Shown here one piece after another: positions 1 to 11,959 of a DNA stretch of 64,000 nt. The notes below the pieces were generated by a model that worked only from the letters and a program-made list of their open reading frames with translations, had not been told where the DNA came from and did no database searches. Positions within the stretch are counted from its first letter, which is position 1. Every line of letters begins with the position of its first letter. Origin of the DNA: Lama guanicoe. Taxonomy: Eukaryota. The stretch lies in NCBI GenBank assembly GCA_013239625.1, contig MU053994.1, positions 1,057,775 through 1,121,774 on the forward strand. The letters are read 5' to 3'. The position numbers were made by a program, and so were the translations under genes.

Positions 1-3000
1 TGTTCAAGAAGAACCAGCCCCGCTGGTGCTGGTCACTGACCAGGAACCCAAGCTTTAGCCACGTGTGTTCAAAGACTTTCGGACAAGTATCATAGGAAAA
101 CACAGCAATGGTTGCCTAATATTGAGAAATCCATCGTGTTGGCCTGTGTCTCAGCCTTCTTATAATAAAGCAGCCTCTGCTGAGCAGAGGCCGCAGGGAG
201 GCCAAAGTGGGTAGGAAAGAACAGAGCTCACTCTCCCCCCTCCTCACCTGCCCTCCACCTTCTCTCTTCCCTTTTCCTCACCTGCTCTGTGATGTCCACG
301 CGCTCCTCTGTTGGAAAAAACTGGCCTTGCTCATCCGTTGTCTTAGAAAGTAAAGGTGGTATGAGGTACAAGGAGAACTAAGCTGAGCCTAGCCTTTCAA
401 CCACCTGTGCAAGAACTTTGTCCCGTTACCCGACTTAGTAACTTAAAGCTCTTGAGTTCTGTTTTTGGACGGAAGGGTCTGGGCAGGCGTTTAACACTTC
501 TGTCCACAAAGTCCTGTTGCCTTTGCTGTCTCAAGGAAAAGCCCATTTGTCTGGACTTGATGGGCAGGCCCCCCTATAATTTTATAGCAGGTGGTTGAGT
601 GTGTTTTGACAGCTTTGGCAGCTACTCTTTTATTTGAGAGGGCTTGGGGGAGGGGACACACACACACACTGAGAAAGATCAACGCCTTCCTCATCCCTAA
701 AGTGACCTGGAAGCCAAGAGTCCAAGTCCGGACACTCGCATCGCTCAGTTTGTGGCACTGCCTCCCGCCTTGCTTGGCCTTCTGCTGTGGGTCTCCATAT
801 TTAGCACTTTGTACCCAACGTAAGTAGCTTCGCTAGACTTGGAAGCTGTTAGGCTGGATGAATCCCCCACAGCACAGAATGTGACATCCCTCGGTAGGGA
901 CGGTAGAGCTCTTCTCCAGGAGGAGAGAGCTGAGCGACGTGCTTGAGGTTAGGCGGCCACCGTAGATGCCGGGTGACGATCTCGCCTGCTCTGCTCTATA
1001 AACATTGAGGCCAAAGACATCTCTAAGCATTGCCCCACGTGGCACCTAAATGGAACTTATTTTGTGCCTTTATACAGAGAGGGTTTGAGTCTGTGAAATT
1101 GCAAGGAAAAAGGAAGCTGCAGATCCTTTCCCCACCCATCCACCCCCTGACCCTCACCCCTGCAGGGCCTCCCCCGGGCCCAGGGGCTGCTGAGGTGATG
1201 CATCATGGGCCAAGCGTTCTTTTCTGGGACCTGTTTACCTTTTCCGTATGGAGGGCAGGATACAGCTGTCGGTAGCCTCCATGAGGCATGGCCACATAAG
1301 GCTAACGGAACATTTAACTTATTCTCCTAGTATTTTCAGGCCCTGGAACGGTCCCTAAAAGCATTTATACAGTTTTATTCATACCAGATTCCTTGGCACG
1401 TTCCCAAAGGCGTGGAAGTTTTATTTACTTTCCCAGTTAAGTCACCAACATAAGATCTCCATAGGCGTTAGAAGAATCTGAATTTTTGACCTACTGCTTG
1501 CCACTTTCTTGTTAAGAAAGCTGCCTTTACAGCTGTGTTTGCTGGCCTCTCTCTGCCCCTCAGTACCAGAGATGGGGCCACGATGGGCTCCCGTGGGGAT
1601 CGCAGGGGAAGACACCCTGGCCCCATCGCCTTTTACGTCCCTTATCTTTGCCGACCTGGACCCCACTTCTCTCTCATCCCCTGTCTCCCACCTGTTGGAG
1701 TCTGCCCCGGTGCTGTGACTCACAGAGCCCCAGTGATGCCCAGCCCTCTCCGAGCTGTCTGGGGAGGAGGTGCTTCGAGAAAGCCTAGAGTCGGCCTTTT
1801 TTAAGTAGAGAGCCTTTCTTCTCTTCCTCCCTCTCTCTGGCTTCTCCGTTCGTGAAGCAGCAGGGCCTCCCAGAGGGTTTTGTGACCCAAAAGAACGCAG
1901 AACATATCGACAAGGCCGATGGTGGTAAAAATAAAACGTGGCTTCCACAAATTGGACAAAGGCTAATTACAAAGCTTAGTCAACCAAATATAAATAATGT
2001 GATCTCAAACTGCCTAGGCTGTACGGGATTGGCATTTCCCCAGGCACGGGGGGAGTGAGGGCTGGTTCTGGGGTCTCCGTCCCAAGGGCTTTTCGGCACC
2101 CGAGGCAGGCGCTCCTTCTCCTGTCTCCCTCTGGGATTAAAGCGAAGTTTGTTCTTCTGCCCACAGACTCCAGCCTTAATACATATCAGCAGCCCGGACT
2201 CCCACAGAGCCGACCTCTGTTCTTTGAGGCGCTTTTTATACATACTTAACCTAAAAAAGGGTTTCATCTAAATAAGGATGGATTTCTCTATCTACAGATT
2301 AATTGGGTCTAGTGGCAAGCGGGCCTTTTGTCCTGGCTCAGACTGTGAAAGAGGCTGTGTCTTTACCGTTAACAGGCTTTCAGTTATGTACCCGGAAATA
2401 ACCCAGTAATAATTGGCATTAAGTACAGGATGCTTCCCCGTTCCCCACCTTCCCTTGACTTGTACTTGTGGAAATGAGAGAGCAAAGTTTTCTCTCAAAC
2501 ATGATGAAACACGATAGCAGATTTGAAATCAGTAACCCTGTGAATAATTCAAAACACCTACCATATCCCGAAGCCTGGTTTCTCTTGCAGTAGAAGTAAC
2601 TAAAAGCCAATACGTGTGAACTGCTGTTTTCACAAGGCTCATACGTACCTCAACTTGAGACCTTTTTTTTTTTTGAAAAAACTATCTTAGTGGATGTTAA
2701 AAAAGTGATTTAAAAACAAATCTGTCTTCTGCCATGGGCAAACTGAAGAAAGTATGTTCTTGCCCCAGAAATACAAAATATAATTATTTTAAAAGCAAAC
2801 AGCTTTTCTTTCTACCTGTATTTTTTAAAGTTATGGTTTCTGTGAGAGAGTTAGTATGTCCAGTGTTTAGCAATGATGCTGTTTCTGTTTGGGGAACAAA
2901 AAAAGGTGGATGGACAAGCTATATTCCCTTGAAAGCAGGCATTTTTGATAAAAGAACTATGAAAGCGTACTGAAGGGTTGTCTGGCTGTGTGGCTTATGA

Positions 3001-3349
3001 ATTGCCGGCGGGGGGCCGGGAGCACTGCCGACTATGAAGTGAAAGGGTGACCACTGGATGTGCTAAAACACATGAGGTCAACGAGAAGAACCTGAAATAC
3101 TAAGCTTTAAAAAGAAAGGAGCATCTAGGAACTTGAAATAAAGAGATACCCACTGCGAGCCCTCTCCCTGACATGTGCAGTGTCAGGCAGGAAGGAGCCC
3201 CTGGGGGTGTGAGGCGGAGGGCTGACTCCGGAGAGGACAGGGGTCTGGTCCCCAGGGTGGAGGTGGAGGCTAGAAAAGGGGCAAAGGGGCTATTCTTGGC
3301 TAGAAGAAAAGAGCGGAACCTTGAACTTTGTGTGGGTTACCTATATGGC

Positions 3350-3475
3350 TTGGGGGAAATTCTTGAACCTCCCTGAACCCATTATCTTACCTGGAAAATT
3401 GGGATGGTAATACTGCACAGGGATGTCATAAGGGTTAAATAGCTTGATATCTCTGAATGTGCTATGTGCCTCTAA
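3350..3475 (+). mobile_element. MIR SINE fragment
   Basis: aacctccctgaaccc…cttacctggaaaattgggatggtaata…agggatgtcataagggttaaata resembles the MIR core. Confidence 0.6.
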
Positions 3476-4002
3476 TGCTTTTTGGGGTTTGGCTGGCATC
3501 TGATTTTTGAGGGCATCACGTGTGATCTGGTGTGTGTTGGTCCTGAAAAATGGCAGTTCTAATGAACAGGGACAAGCTATAAGGTTCAAAGTCCTTGCAC
3601 TCATGGGAGGGATTTTAGTTTCTCATTTGGCACAGTATTCTGGAGGTTACAGCCATGGTGCCTTTGGCCACTTGGTGGTAGGTGCATGATACTATGGATT
3701 TTGTGGCACAAAATGATGTTGGCCAGAGCCTTAGTAGGAGATAAGGTAAGTCCAGTAAGGTGGCGATCTTCCTTACCTGATAGAAGTTATAGTTTGCATA
3801 TTTCACAGCACAATTGCAATTTTAAAAAGAAAGATAAGAATCTGGGATGGCACCAAAAAAGGGAGGCAGGTGGACTGGAACCTGCGGAGTTGGGCAGAGA
3901 GCTAGCAGAACAGAGTTCAGGTGTTGCCTTGACCAACACTGGGACCCAGTGTGACTGCAGGTGTGTCACCTGTAAGAGAGGGGTGACCAGATGGACTGGA
4001 TG

Positions 4003-4170
4003 AGTGGTTCTCTCGCCTGGAAGGCTTGTTAAAACACCAGTTGCTGGGCCCCATCCGCAAGAGTGTCTGATTCAGCAGGTCTCGGGTGGGCCCTGAGAAT
4101 GTGTGTCTAACGAGGTCCCGGGTGATGCTGATTCTCCTGGTCCAGGGGCCACACTTGACACTGTACTAGA
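4003..4170. mobile_element. MER5A-like hAT-Charlie fossil
   Basis: gcttgttaaaacac…gctgggcccca…tctgattcagcaggtct…gggccctgagaat…ggtgatgctgat…ggtccaggg is the MER5A pattern. Confidence 0.8.
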
Positions 4171-4384
4171 TGAGGTCAAAAGGTCATTGCCACCTCTGAG
4201 CCAAGCAAACATGGCCAATTGCTTAAGGCAAGGAGAAGGGACTCCGTTTAGCCAAGAGATACTGCAGGCCTCTAGACACGGGTGCAGTCACGCTCCTGTC
4301 TGAAGAGTGCTGATCCTCTAGAGTCAGGAATGAGAATTTTGGTTTCTAACGAGCAGAATGTGCAAGATGTGTTTAAGGATATCT

Positions 4385-4458
4385 CAATATTGTTACAACA
4401 GCTTTTATCAGCTCCACTGTGCAATATTGTTACAACAGCTTTTATCAGCTCCACTGTG
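4385..4458. repeat. Perfect 37-bp tandem duplication
   Basis: caatattgttacaacagcttttatcagctccactgtg at 4385-4421 and 4422-4458. Confidence 0.95.
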
Positions 4459-5142
4459 CTATAGTTAAGTCAAGGCCCAAAGATGGGTAGAAGAGTGAGG
4501 TCTTCTGAGGAGGTAGAGGTACCCTGATAGCAGTTGTCCTGGGGCCCCTGAAAAACCAGTAGACCTTGGGTGTAGATGGGCCCATTTAGGCCTAAAATAT
4601 CTACATGGTTTAGAGACAAAAAGAAATTAAAGTCCCACTCCCCTCCCCACCCCCTGGCCCCCACAAGCCATGACTTTTCTTACTTCACTGGCAAACTCAC
4701 CAAGTATAGCATCTCATCATCTCAAGGAAAGAATTGTCATGCTGTCAGCTGGGTATGGCTGGAGTATCATCCTGTGTTGAGATAGCTTCCCCAATGCATG
4801 CACTTAGCTGGTTTTGAATTCGATTTTGGCATTTTTGTTAATACCTTGCTAATTCTGTGGTGCTTCAGTTTTTCATCACTCTCAGAACACATGAACACAT
4901 TTCAATACTACTTACATGTCAAAAGTTGTTTTTCAATGGCCAGTTCGAGAACCTCGAGCTGTCTTCCACCAGCGCTTAGACTCCCTACAGCCGAAATCAG
5001 GTTTGATCGTTTTCCCTCGTGCCCTTCCCTCCATTCACATACGAAAGCCCTCCACTGTTAAAAATTACATTGGGGTGGGGGTCAAAGAATTGTGCAGCTC
5101 AGTGACTTGAGATCTTCCTTCTTACTTTTCTTCTGCCAACAG

Positions 5143-5211
5143 CTGATTGGCATGCTGCTGGCCTGCTGTCTGTCCCGGTTCATCACGGCCAACCAGTATG
5201 AGATGGTGTAA
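5143..5211 (+). CDS. TSPAN7: Tetraspanin-7, last coding exon (end of TM4 and cytoplasmic tail, LIGMLLACCLSRFITANQYEMV*)
   Basis: Polypyrimidine tract and AG acceptor at 5141-5142. The phase-0 translation matches the TSPAN7 C-terminus as I recall it, with TAA at 5209-5211. Donor GAG|GTGAG follows 5215. Upstream exons are outside the window. Confidence 0.95.
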   Translation: MIGMLLACCLSRFITANQYEMV

Positions 5212-5215
5212 GGAG

Positions 5216-5462
5216 GTGAGTGGTGGTGGGGAGTGTGAATTGCAGGGTGCTCCCTTTGGGGCGCATACAACCCTTCAAAGGGACAAGGGTGCTGCCTGGC
5301 CACTTCATTCTTTGATCTTGGTGGCACTTGTCCACGTGCCAAAGCCTCATAGCTGTGATCACTGCTGTTGTGGAAAACATATACATGCTCTCTTCAGCTT
5401 GTCACCTTATTTGAAGTCCTTGTTAATGGTGAGCCACTCACATGTTTCCGTTTCTCTCTTAG
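5216..5462 (+). other. TSPAN7: TSPAN7 3'-UTR intron (247 bp)
   Basis: GTGAGT donor at 5216; acceptor tttccgtttctctcttag ending at 5462. Confidence 0.85.
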
Positions 5463-6422
5463 TCTTTCAAGAACGACGGAATAAGAGACCTGTTTTCAAA
5501 AGGAATGGCAGCAATCTTTGAAAGACTTCCAAAGAATGTTAGAGCACAGTACATAACACACCTCCCCTAACCCCCCACCCTGCGTGCAACTGACACTCCC
5601 ACACAGCCTCTGCTCCACCTTTCAGCCTGCATCATGTGTAGCGTTCCATTTTGTGAAGCCCCATCGTGCCAGAGTGTAGCCAGGTTCCCTGCATCTAGTC
5701 CTAGGGGACCCCACCCGAGGCCCTGTGCGTGCCGGCTCCTCCATCTGTACCTGGTCCAGCTGCAGCTCATCGTAGGTGACTGGTTATCCGCACCATCACT
5801 GGCCCTGCTGGGCCCTGCATGTAGTGTGGGAGGCTCCTGTTAGCCCTTGATCTTGATTGATAAATGCCCCCTCCCCCAGATGTAGACAAGCAGATAGCTA
5901 TCTGTTCTTTTGGCTTCATCTCCTTTGGTTGGGTTTTCCCTTTTACTAAGGCTCTTTCCTACCTTCTTCAGGCTGCTTAGGACATGCAAAGAGAGACATT
6001 GGTAATTGTCCGTGAGGAGAAACAGGCACGAAGGAAATTGTTGCACTCTGGGCGGCATCCTTGCTCCTTGTTACATGCCTGGGAACGTGCAGTGTAGTGC
6101 AGCTAGGCTTCTCAGTTGAAACCTGTATAATCCTCTTACAAAGCTGTATTGTTGCTTCCCGTGAAGGAAATAATATGACTTCTGTTTTTCCCCAATTAAC
6201 TGCTACTGTGTTATTTTACTTTCTACTTTTTTCTTTGCATTGACATTACAGACATTGAGGACCTCATCAAATCAATTTAAAAATGAGTGTGAAGGGGGAA
6301 CAAAAGTCAAAATATTTTTAAAAGATCTTAAAAAATAATGCCTCTGTCTCGCATGCCAACAAGAATGCATTGATATTGTGAACATTTGTGATACACGTAT
6401 TAATAAATAGAGTCATTACAAA
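5463..6422 (+). other. TSPAN7: TSPAN7 non-coding terminal exon (3' UTR)
   Basis: Begins TCTTTCAAGAACGACGGAATAAGAGACCTG, resembling my recollection of the human TSPAN7 3' UTR. Ends shortly after AATAAA; the cleavage site is approximate. Confidence 0.85.
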
Positions 6423-6455
6423 TTGCTGTGTTCTGGTTTTGTTCTTTGGTTGGTT
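6402..6455 (+). terminator. Polyadenylation signal and GU/U-rich downstream element
   Basis: AATAAA at 6402-6407, followed ~16 nt later by ttgctgtgttctggttttgttctttggttgg. Confidence 0.85.
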
Positions 6456-7569
6456 AAGTTTTTAAACACATTTCTAGTCCATCTTGTTCCACAAAGAATT
6501 GGAAGTGGACCACCTTACACACTGGCACATCCCCCTACACCAGCAGCTCCCACTCTACCGAAATAGCATCAGGCAGTGGAAAAATCGAAGGGTTAGATTT
6601 TTTATGGACATTCCAGAAATTTGAATCATTTATCACAAGCAGGATATACTGTTGGCTGTGAAAACAGAATCTTCATGTTATTTCAGGCTGGAGGCAGAAA
6701 GATGTGTTTGTTTGTTTTTTTTTAAGTCTGGATGTCATTTTTTAAAAAAGGAAATATGCATCTGTTTTTCCCTTTATTGTTTCTAATGAGCATGTATTCT
6801 TCCCTTCCTCCCTTCTTCTCTGAATAACTGTCTAAAAAAGAGATGACATCATACCATTCAGTTGTCCCAGCGGCCTGGTTTGCACTCAAGTATGGAGTCC
6901 TTACACTTGATGTAAAGAGCATTTTAGCAGTATGTGCAGTGTATATTATCTGTGATCTATTTTTTCCTTCTTAGTGAATCATCTTTAAGAACTAGTAAAA
7001 GCATTTATTGATCTGTTTCCAAATAAGTGGATCTAAAAAGCTCCCTCCTCTCTGTAATTAGGATGGGAGACAGTGTTTTAACTAGATGCATTTATTAGCC
7101 CAAACTCTGCATCAGGTAGATCCTAAAAGGCTTACAAAGGGTACTGACCCATACCTTCAGATAGTCTCTCTTCCAAAGGTCAGCGTTTTTAGAGAATTAA
7201 GATCTCTTCTATGGAAACATATGTATCACAAAACTTTAAAGTTTCATTTAAATTTCTATTTTATTACATACGGAAATGAGGCTTTTCTGTAAAATCCTAA
7301 ATAGAACCACCCGTGGTTCACCTTTTGCAAACTATGCGTTTACTGGTATACTAACACTAACATCGTTCTGCTTTGGTAAGCAAGAAAGCTCTACATTTCT
7401 AAATTAAAGTCAGAGCTCATCATTACATAATTTCAACGTGAAACATTTGGACTAAGGTTGATTTGACTTTAAAACTGTAAGGCATTCATGTTTTCAACCT
7501 CGAAGGACTTGTGTATAATGCATATTCCTCCTTCAAATGAAATGAAAAAGACACAAGTTGAAATACCTT

Positions 7570-8460
7570 TTTTCTTTTTTTTTTCCTGAGGTATAACATT
7601 TACGTGTGGTAAACTGCACAAAATGTAAGTGGACAGCTTGAATTTTTACATATATAAACCAGTATAACAATCACCCAGGTAAGATACAGAATTTTTTTTA
7701 GAACCCCCGAAGGTTCCCTCCTGCCCCTTCTCAGTCAGTAACCACTGCCCCCATCCCCGCAAGAGTCACCGCTACTCTGAAGTCCATTACCATAGATTAG
7801 TTTTGTCTGTTCTTGGACTTCATGTAAATGAAGTCATACAGTACAGACTGTTTCACGTACCTTCTTTCACTCAGCGTTGTCTGCAAGAGTTATGTGGTAC
7901 ATATAAGCATAGTCTTGTCTTCATTGTTGTGTAAGAGTCCACTGTATGAATATAGCACAACTGATCCATTCTGCTGCACACATTTGGGTTGCTTTCAGGT
8001 TTGGGCTACTGTGAATACAACCACAATGAGCTTTATGGTATATGCTTTTTGGTGGATGTAAACATCAGTGGAATTGCTCAGAAATAAGATATTTAGCTTT
8101 AGAAGGTATTGCTTAACATTATTCCAAAGTTGTTATACTAATTCACACTCGCACCAGTGTAGCAAAGTTCTAGTTGTTCCACATCCTCACCAACACTTGC
8201 TATTCTCAGACTTAGGTTTTAGCCATTCTGTGTGTGGCAGTATCTTAGTTTGTCTTCACATTATGATTAGTGATATTGAATACTCAGTATGTCATTGCAC
8301 TTTGATATCCTTTTTTATGAGGTGTTCAAGTCTTTGTGTTTTTAAAAATTCAGTTATCATAAATTGATTTGTAGGAATTCTTTATGTATTCTGGATGCAA
8401 ATCCTTGTTTGGATGTATTTATTTCCTCTCAGCCTGTCATTTAACTTTTCACAATATAGT
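7570..8460 (-). mobile_element. Old L1 (L1MC/MD/ME-type) 3' end
   Basis: T-run (reverse poly-A) followed by typical antisense L1 3'-UTR and ORF2-end motifs such as catttgggttgctttcaggtttgggctact and ccacatcctcaccaacacttg. Confidence 0.75.
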
Positions 8461-8465
8461 CAATT

Positions 8466-10395
8466 ATTTTTTCCCAGCTTTATTGAGATATAATTGATAT
8501 AATGTTGTGTAGCCTTGAGGTGTACAAGGTGATAATTTGATCCACTGATATATTGCAAAATGATTACCATGGTAGGATTAATTAACAATTACCATTTCTT
8601 TTCTGTGGTAAGAGCATTTAAAATCTACTCTTAGCAACTTGCAAGCATATAATACAGTATTGTTAACTATAGTTGTCATGCTATGCTATAGTTCTGATCC
8701 TTAGAACTTGTGCATCTTTTACAATTTTTTTGTCCTTTTCAGGGGATGTAATTAGGTTTGTTTGTTTATTAAGACAGGTTGCTTTCAGGTACTGGGGATT
8801 GAACCAAGGACCTTATGCATGCTAAGCACGCACTCCACTACTCAGCTATACCCTCCCCCAACTTGTGCATCTTTTAACTACAAGTTTGTACCCTTTGACT
8901 GATATCTCCCCATTTCTGCCACCTCCCAGCCACTGGTAACCAATCATTCTACTCTTTCTCTGAGTTCAGCTTTTATTCTATTCCATGTATGTTGAGATAA
9001 TATAGTATTTGTCTTTCTCTGACTTATTTTACATAGCATAATGCCCTCAGATCTATCCATGGCATTACAAATGGCAGGATTTCCTTTTTTCTCATGGCTG
9101 AAGAATATTCCGTGTGTGTGTGTGTATACACACACATATATATACATCCTCTTTATCCATTCATCTGTTGATGGACACTTAGGTTGCTTCCATATCTTGG
9201 CAATTGTAAGTAATGCTGCTGTGAACATTGGAGTGCTTGTATCTTTTTGAATTAGTGTTTTTGTTTTGGGGGGCTTTTGTTTTGGGGGGGATATATACCC
9301 AGGAGTGAAATTACTGTATCATATGGTGGTTCTATTTTTAATTTTTTGAGGAACCGCCATACTGTTTTCTATGGCAGCTGCACCAATTCACATTCCCACC
9401 AACAGTGCACAGGAGTTCCCTTATTCAAACTCCACATCCTTTTCAGCATGTGTTCGCTCTCATTTTTTGATGATAGCTATTGTAACAAATGCGAGGTGAT
9501 AATTCATTGTGGGATATGCATTTCTTTGATAGTGACAGTGAACACTTTTTCAAGTACCTGTTAGCCATTTGTACATCTTCATTGCAAAATGCAAAAATGT
9601 CTATTCAGATCCTCTGCCCATTTTTCAATTGGATTTTTTTTGCTATTGAGTTGTAGGAGTTCCTTATGTATTTTGGATATTAACTTCTTATATGCGGTTT
9701 GCACATATCTCCTCCCACTTGTAGGTTGCCTCTTCATTTTCGTGACTGTATCTGTTGGTGTGCAGAAGCTTTTTATTTTCATGTAGTCCCACTTGTTTAT
9801 TTTTGCTTTTGTTTTTTGTGCTTTTGGTTTCATATCCAAAACTTCATTGTTAAAAGCAATGTGAAGGAACTTTTCATGTTTTCTTCTAGGAGTTTTATGG
9901 TTTCAGGTCTTATAGTTAAGTCTTTAATCCATTTTAAGTCAAATTTTGTGAGTGGTGTAATAGACGTCCAATTCCATTCTCCTACATGTGGATATCCATT
10001 TATTGAAGAGACGTCCTTTCCTCACTGAGTATTCTTGGCTTCCTTGTCAAATATTGGTTGATTCTATTCCATGATCTCTGCATCTGTTTTTATGCTGAAA
10101 CCACACTACTTTGATTAAAATAGCTTTGTAATATAATTTGAAATCAGGAAGTGTGGTGTCTTCAGCTTTGTTGTTCTTTCTCAGCATTTCTTTGGCTGTT
10201 TTGAGTCTTGTGGTTCCATAGGAATTTTAGGATTGCTTTTTGTAGTTCTGTGAAAAAGGTCATTGGACTTTTGATAGGGGTTGCTATTCCTAGTGGGATT
10301 GAATCCTCCACTGTGACTGTGGGTTCTGCCAGTTGAATCTGTAGATGGCTTTGTGTAGTATGGACATTTTAACAATAGTAATTCTTCTGATCCAG
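8466..10395 (-). mobile_element. L1 (L1MA8/9-type) 3' 1.9 kb, decayed ORF2 C-terminus
   Basis: Minus-strand peptides MFTAALLTIAKIWKQPKCPSTDEWIK and [17 protein letters not shown] are L1 ORF2p; cagctttattgagatataattg is the 3' terminus. Confidence 0.9.
8722..8859 (-). mobile_element. tRNA-derived SINE (camelid Vic-1-like)
   Basis: Reverse complement reads ggggagggtatagctgagtagtgg…gcatgcataaggtccttggttcaatccccagtacc, with A/B boxes. Perfect 17-bp TSD aacttgtgcatctttta at 8705-8721 and 8860-8876. Confidence 0.9.
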
Positions 10396-10759
10396 TCAGT
10401 TCTTGATTAAGCACATTTGTGGGAAGAGGTGAAAGCAGTGACACAGATAATCTGAAATATCAGAAGTCCTTTCTTCTTAGCGAGAGCAACGTTTGATTCC
10501 ATAGTCCCTCCGTTATTTGTGGGTTGATTTTAGAAAGAGCTTTGCTTTTTATTTGTGTTGTACTCATTCTAATACAATTAGTTTACATTTCCTAAATATA
10601 TAAAGAGTTGAGGCTGGGAGGAGGAAATAATTGAATCATGTCATTTAAAAATGTTGGAACAGTCTAAGGAATTTATTAGGATTAAAGTAATAGAAAATAC
10701 ACAAAACAAAAATTTTATCCTTATTGTTTGCACACATTTATCAGTATTAAAAGCCTCTG

Positions 10760-10899
10760 TACACACTGTATAGCACAGAGAATGATACTCAATATTTTGT
10801 AATAACCTATAATGAAAAAGAATATATATATATTTTTTAAGAATATATATATATGTGTATATATATATGTATATATTTACAAATATATATATATATATT
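10760..10899 (+). mobile_element. Short L1 3'-UTR fragment ending in (TA)n
   Basis: ctgtatagcacagagaatgatactcaatattttgtaataacctataatg matches 32519-32570. Flanked by the 13-bp direct repeat ttaaaagcctctg (10747-10759, 10900-10912). Confidence 0.85.
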
Positions 10900-10959
10900 T
10901 TAAAAGCCTCTGGAGAAAAAAACAAAGCATAGGATGAATAGATATTTGAGATTGTAGTC

Positions 10960-11075
10960 AGAGACCACCCCAGGGACTGATTTCTTAGGGTCTGGCCTGG
11001 CTATTGATATTTTTTTTTGAAGGCTCCTCAGGTGATTTCAGTGTGCAGCCAGGATAGGGTACCACTGTACTAGAA
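10960..11075. mobile_element. MER5-family hAT fragment
   Basis: gctcctcaggtgatttcagtgtgcagccagg…accactg motif. Confidence 0.65.
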
Positions 11076-11444
11076 GCTGACTTAGCTTACCTTTTTCACC
11101 TTATGCCCCTTCTATCCCGTTTACTTGAGATTATCTTACTCTGCTTAACACATACTTGCTCCCAGCCCCTGCTTTTCCTCTCATTTTCCCTTTGTGGCAT
11201 GCCTTCTCCCAAGGCCACCCATCTTCAAAGACCATCTCTTCTGTGATATACTTCCTGATAACTCCAATCCTAATTGACTACAACAATTTCTCTCTGTGCC
11301 TCACATTTTAGATCAATTATTTTGTAGAACATTGTCCATTTTTTCTTTCAAATTTATGAAGTTATAGTAATGTCTTTTTTTAGTGTTTTTTTAATTAAAA
11401 AAATTTTTTTACTGATGTCTCCAATTCTTGTATTTTTTAATATT

Positions 11445-11957
11445 TTTAAATTTTACTGAAGTACCATCAGTTACAGTGTGTCAGTTTCTGGTGTACAGCA
11501 CAATGCCCCAGTCATGCATATACATATATGTATTCATTTTCATATTCTTTTTCATTAAAGGTTATTACAAGATATTGAATATAGCTCCCTGTGCTAGTAC
11601 TGTCTTATTTTTGATATCTTTCTAAAAATTATAGTTGATTTACAATGTTGTGTTAGTTTCTGGTGTACATCATAGTGATTAGGTTACACATATATATTTG
11701 CATTTCATATTCTTTTTCATTATACATTATTACAAGATAGTGAATATAGTCCCTTGTGCTATATAGTAGGACCTTGTTGTTTATCTGTTTTATATATAGT
11801 AGTGTGTATCTGATAATCCCAAACTCCTAATATTTCCCTCTCCACCCCTTTCCCCTTTGGTAACCATAAGTTTATTTTGTTAGTAAGTTCATATGTGTCA
11901 TTTTTTTTTTTTAGATTCCACACAGAAGTGATATCATATGATATTTGTCTTTCTCTT
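11445..11957 (-). mobile_element. Two adjacent artiodactyl/camelid L1 3' ends (11445-11597 and 11625-11957)
   Basis: Both carry gtttctggtgtaca…ttattacaagata.tgaatatag…ctgtgcta, the reverse complement of the 3' UTR at 32340-32700. Confidence 0.85.
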
Positions 11958-11959
11958 AA

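Larger units (their letters stand above)
1..5142 (+). other. TSPAN7: TSPAN7 intron preceding the last coding exon (partial)
   Basis: No upstream TSPAN7 coding sequence (…GIAFSQ) found in 1-5142. Ends at the acceptor ttttcttctgccaacag. Confidence 0.85.

Noticed and set aside
1533..1804. Possible exon/ORFs after cctttacag
   Set aside because: No frame resembles a tetraspanin or any protein I recognise; it lies in the TSPAN7 intron.
4887..5110. Acceptor-like ctctcag followed by open frames
   Set aside because: Translations are unrecognisable; the true exon starts at 5143.
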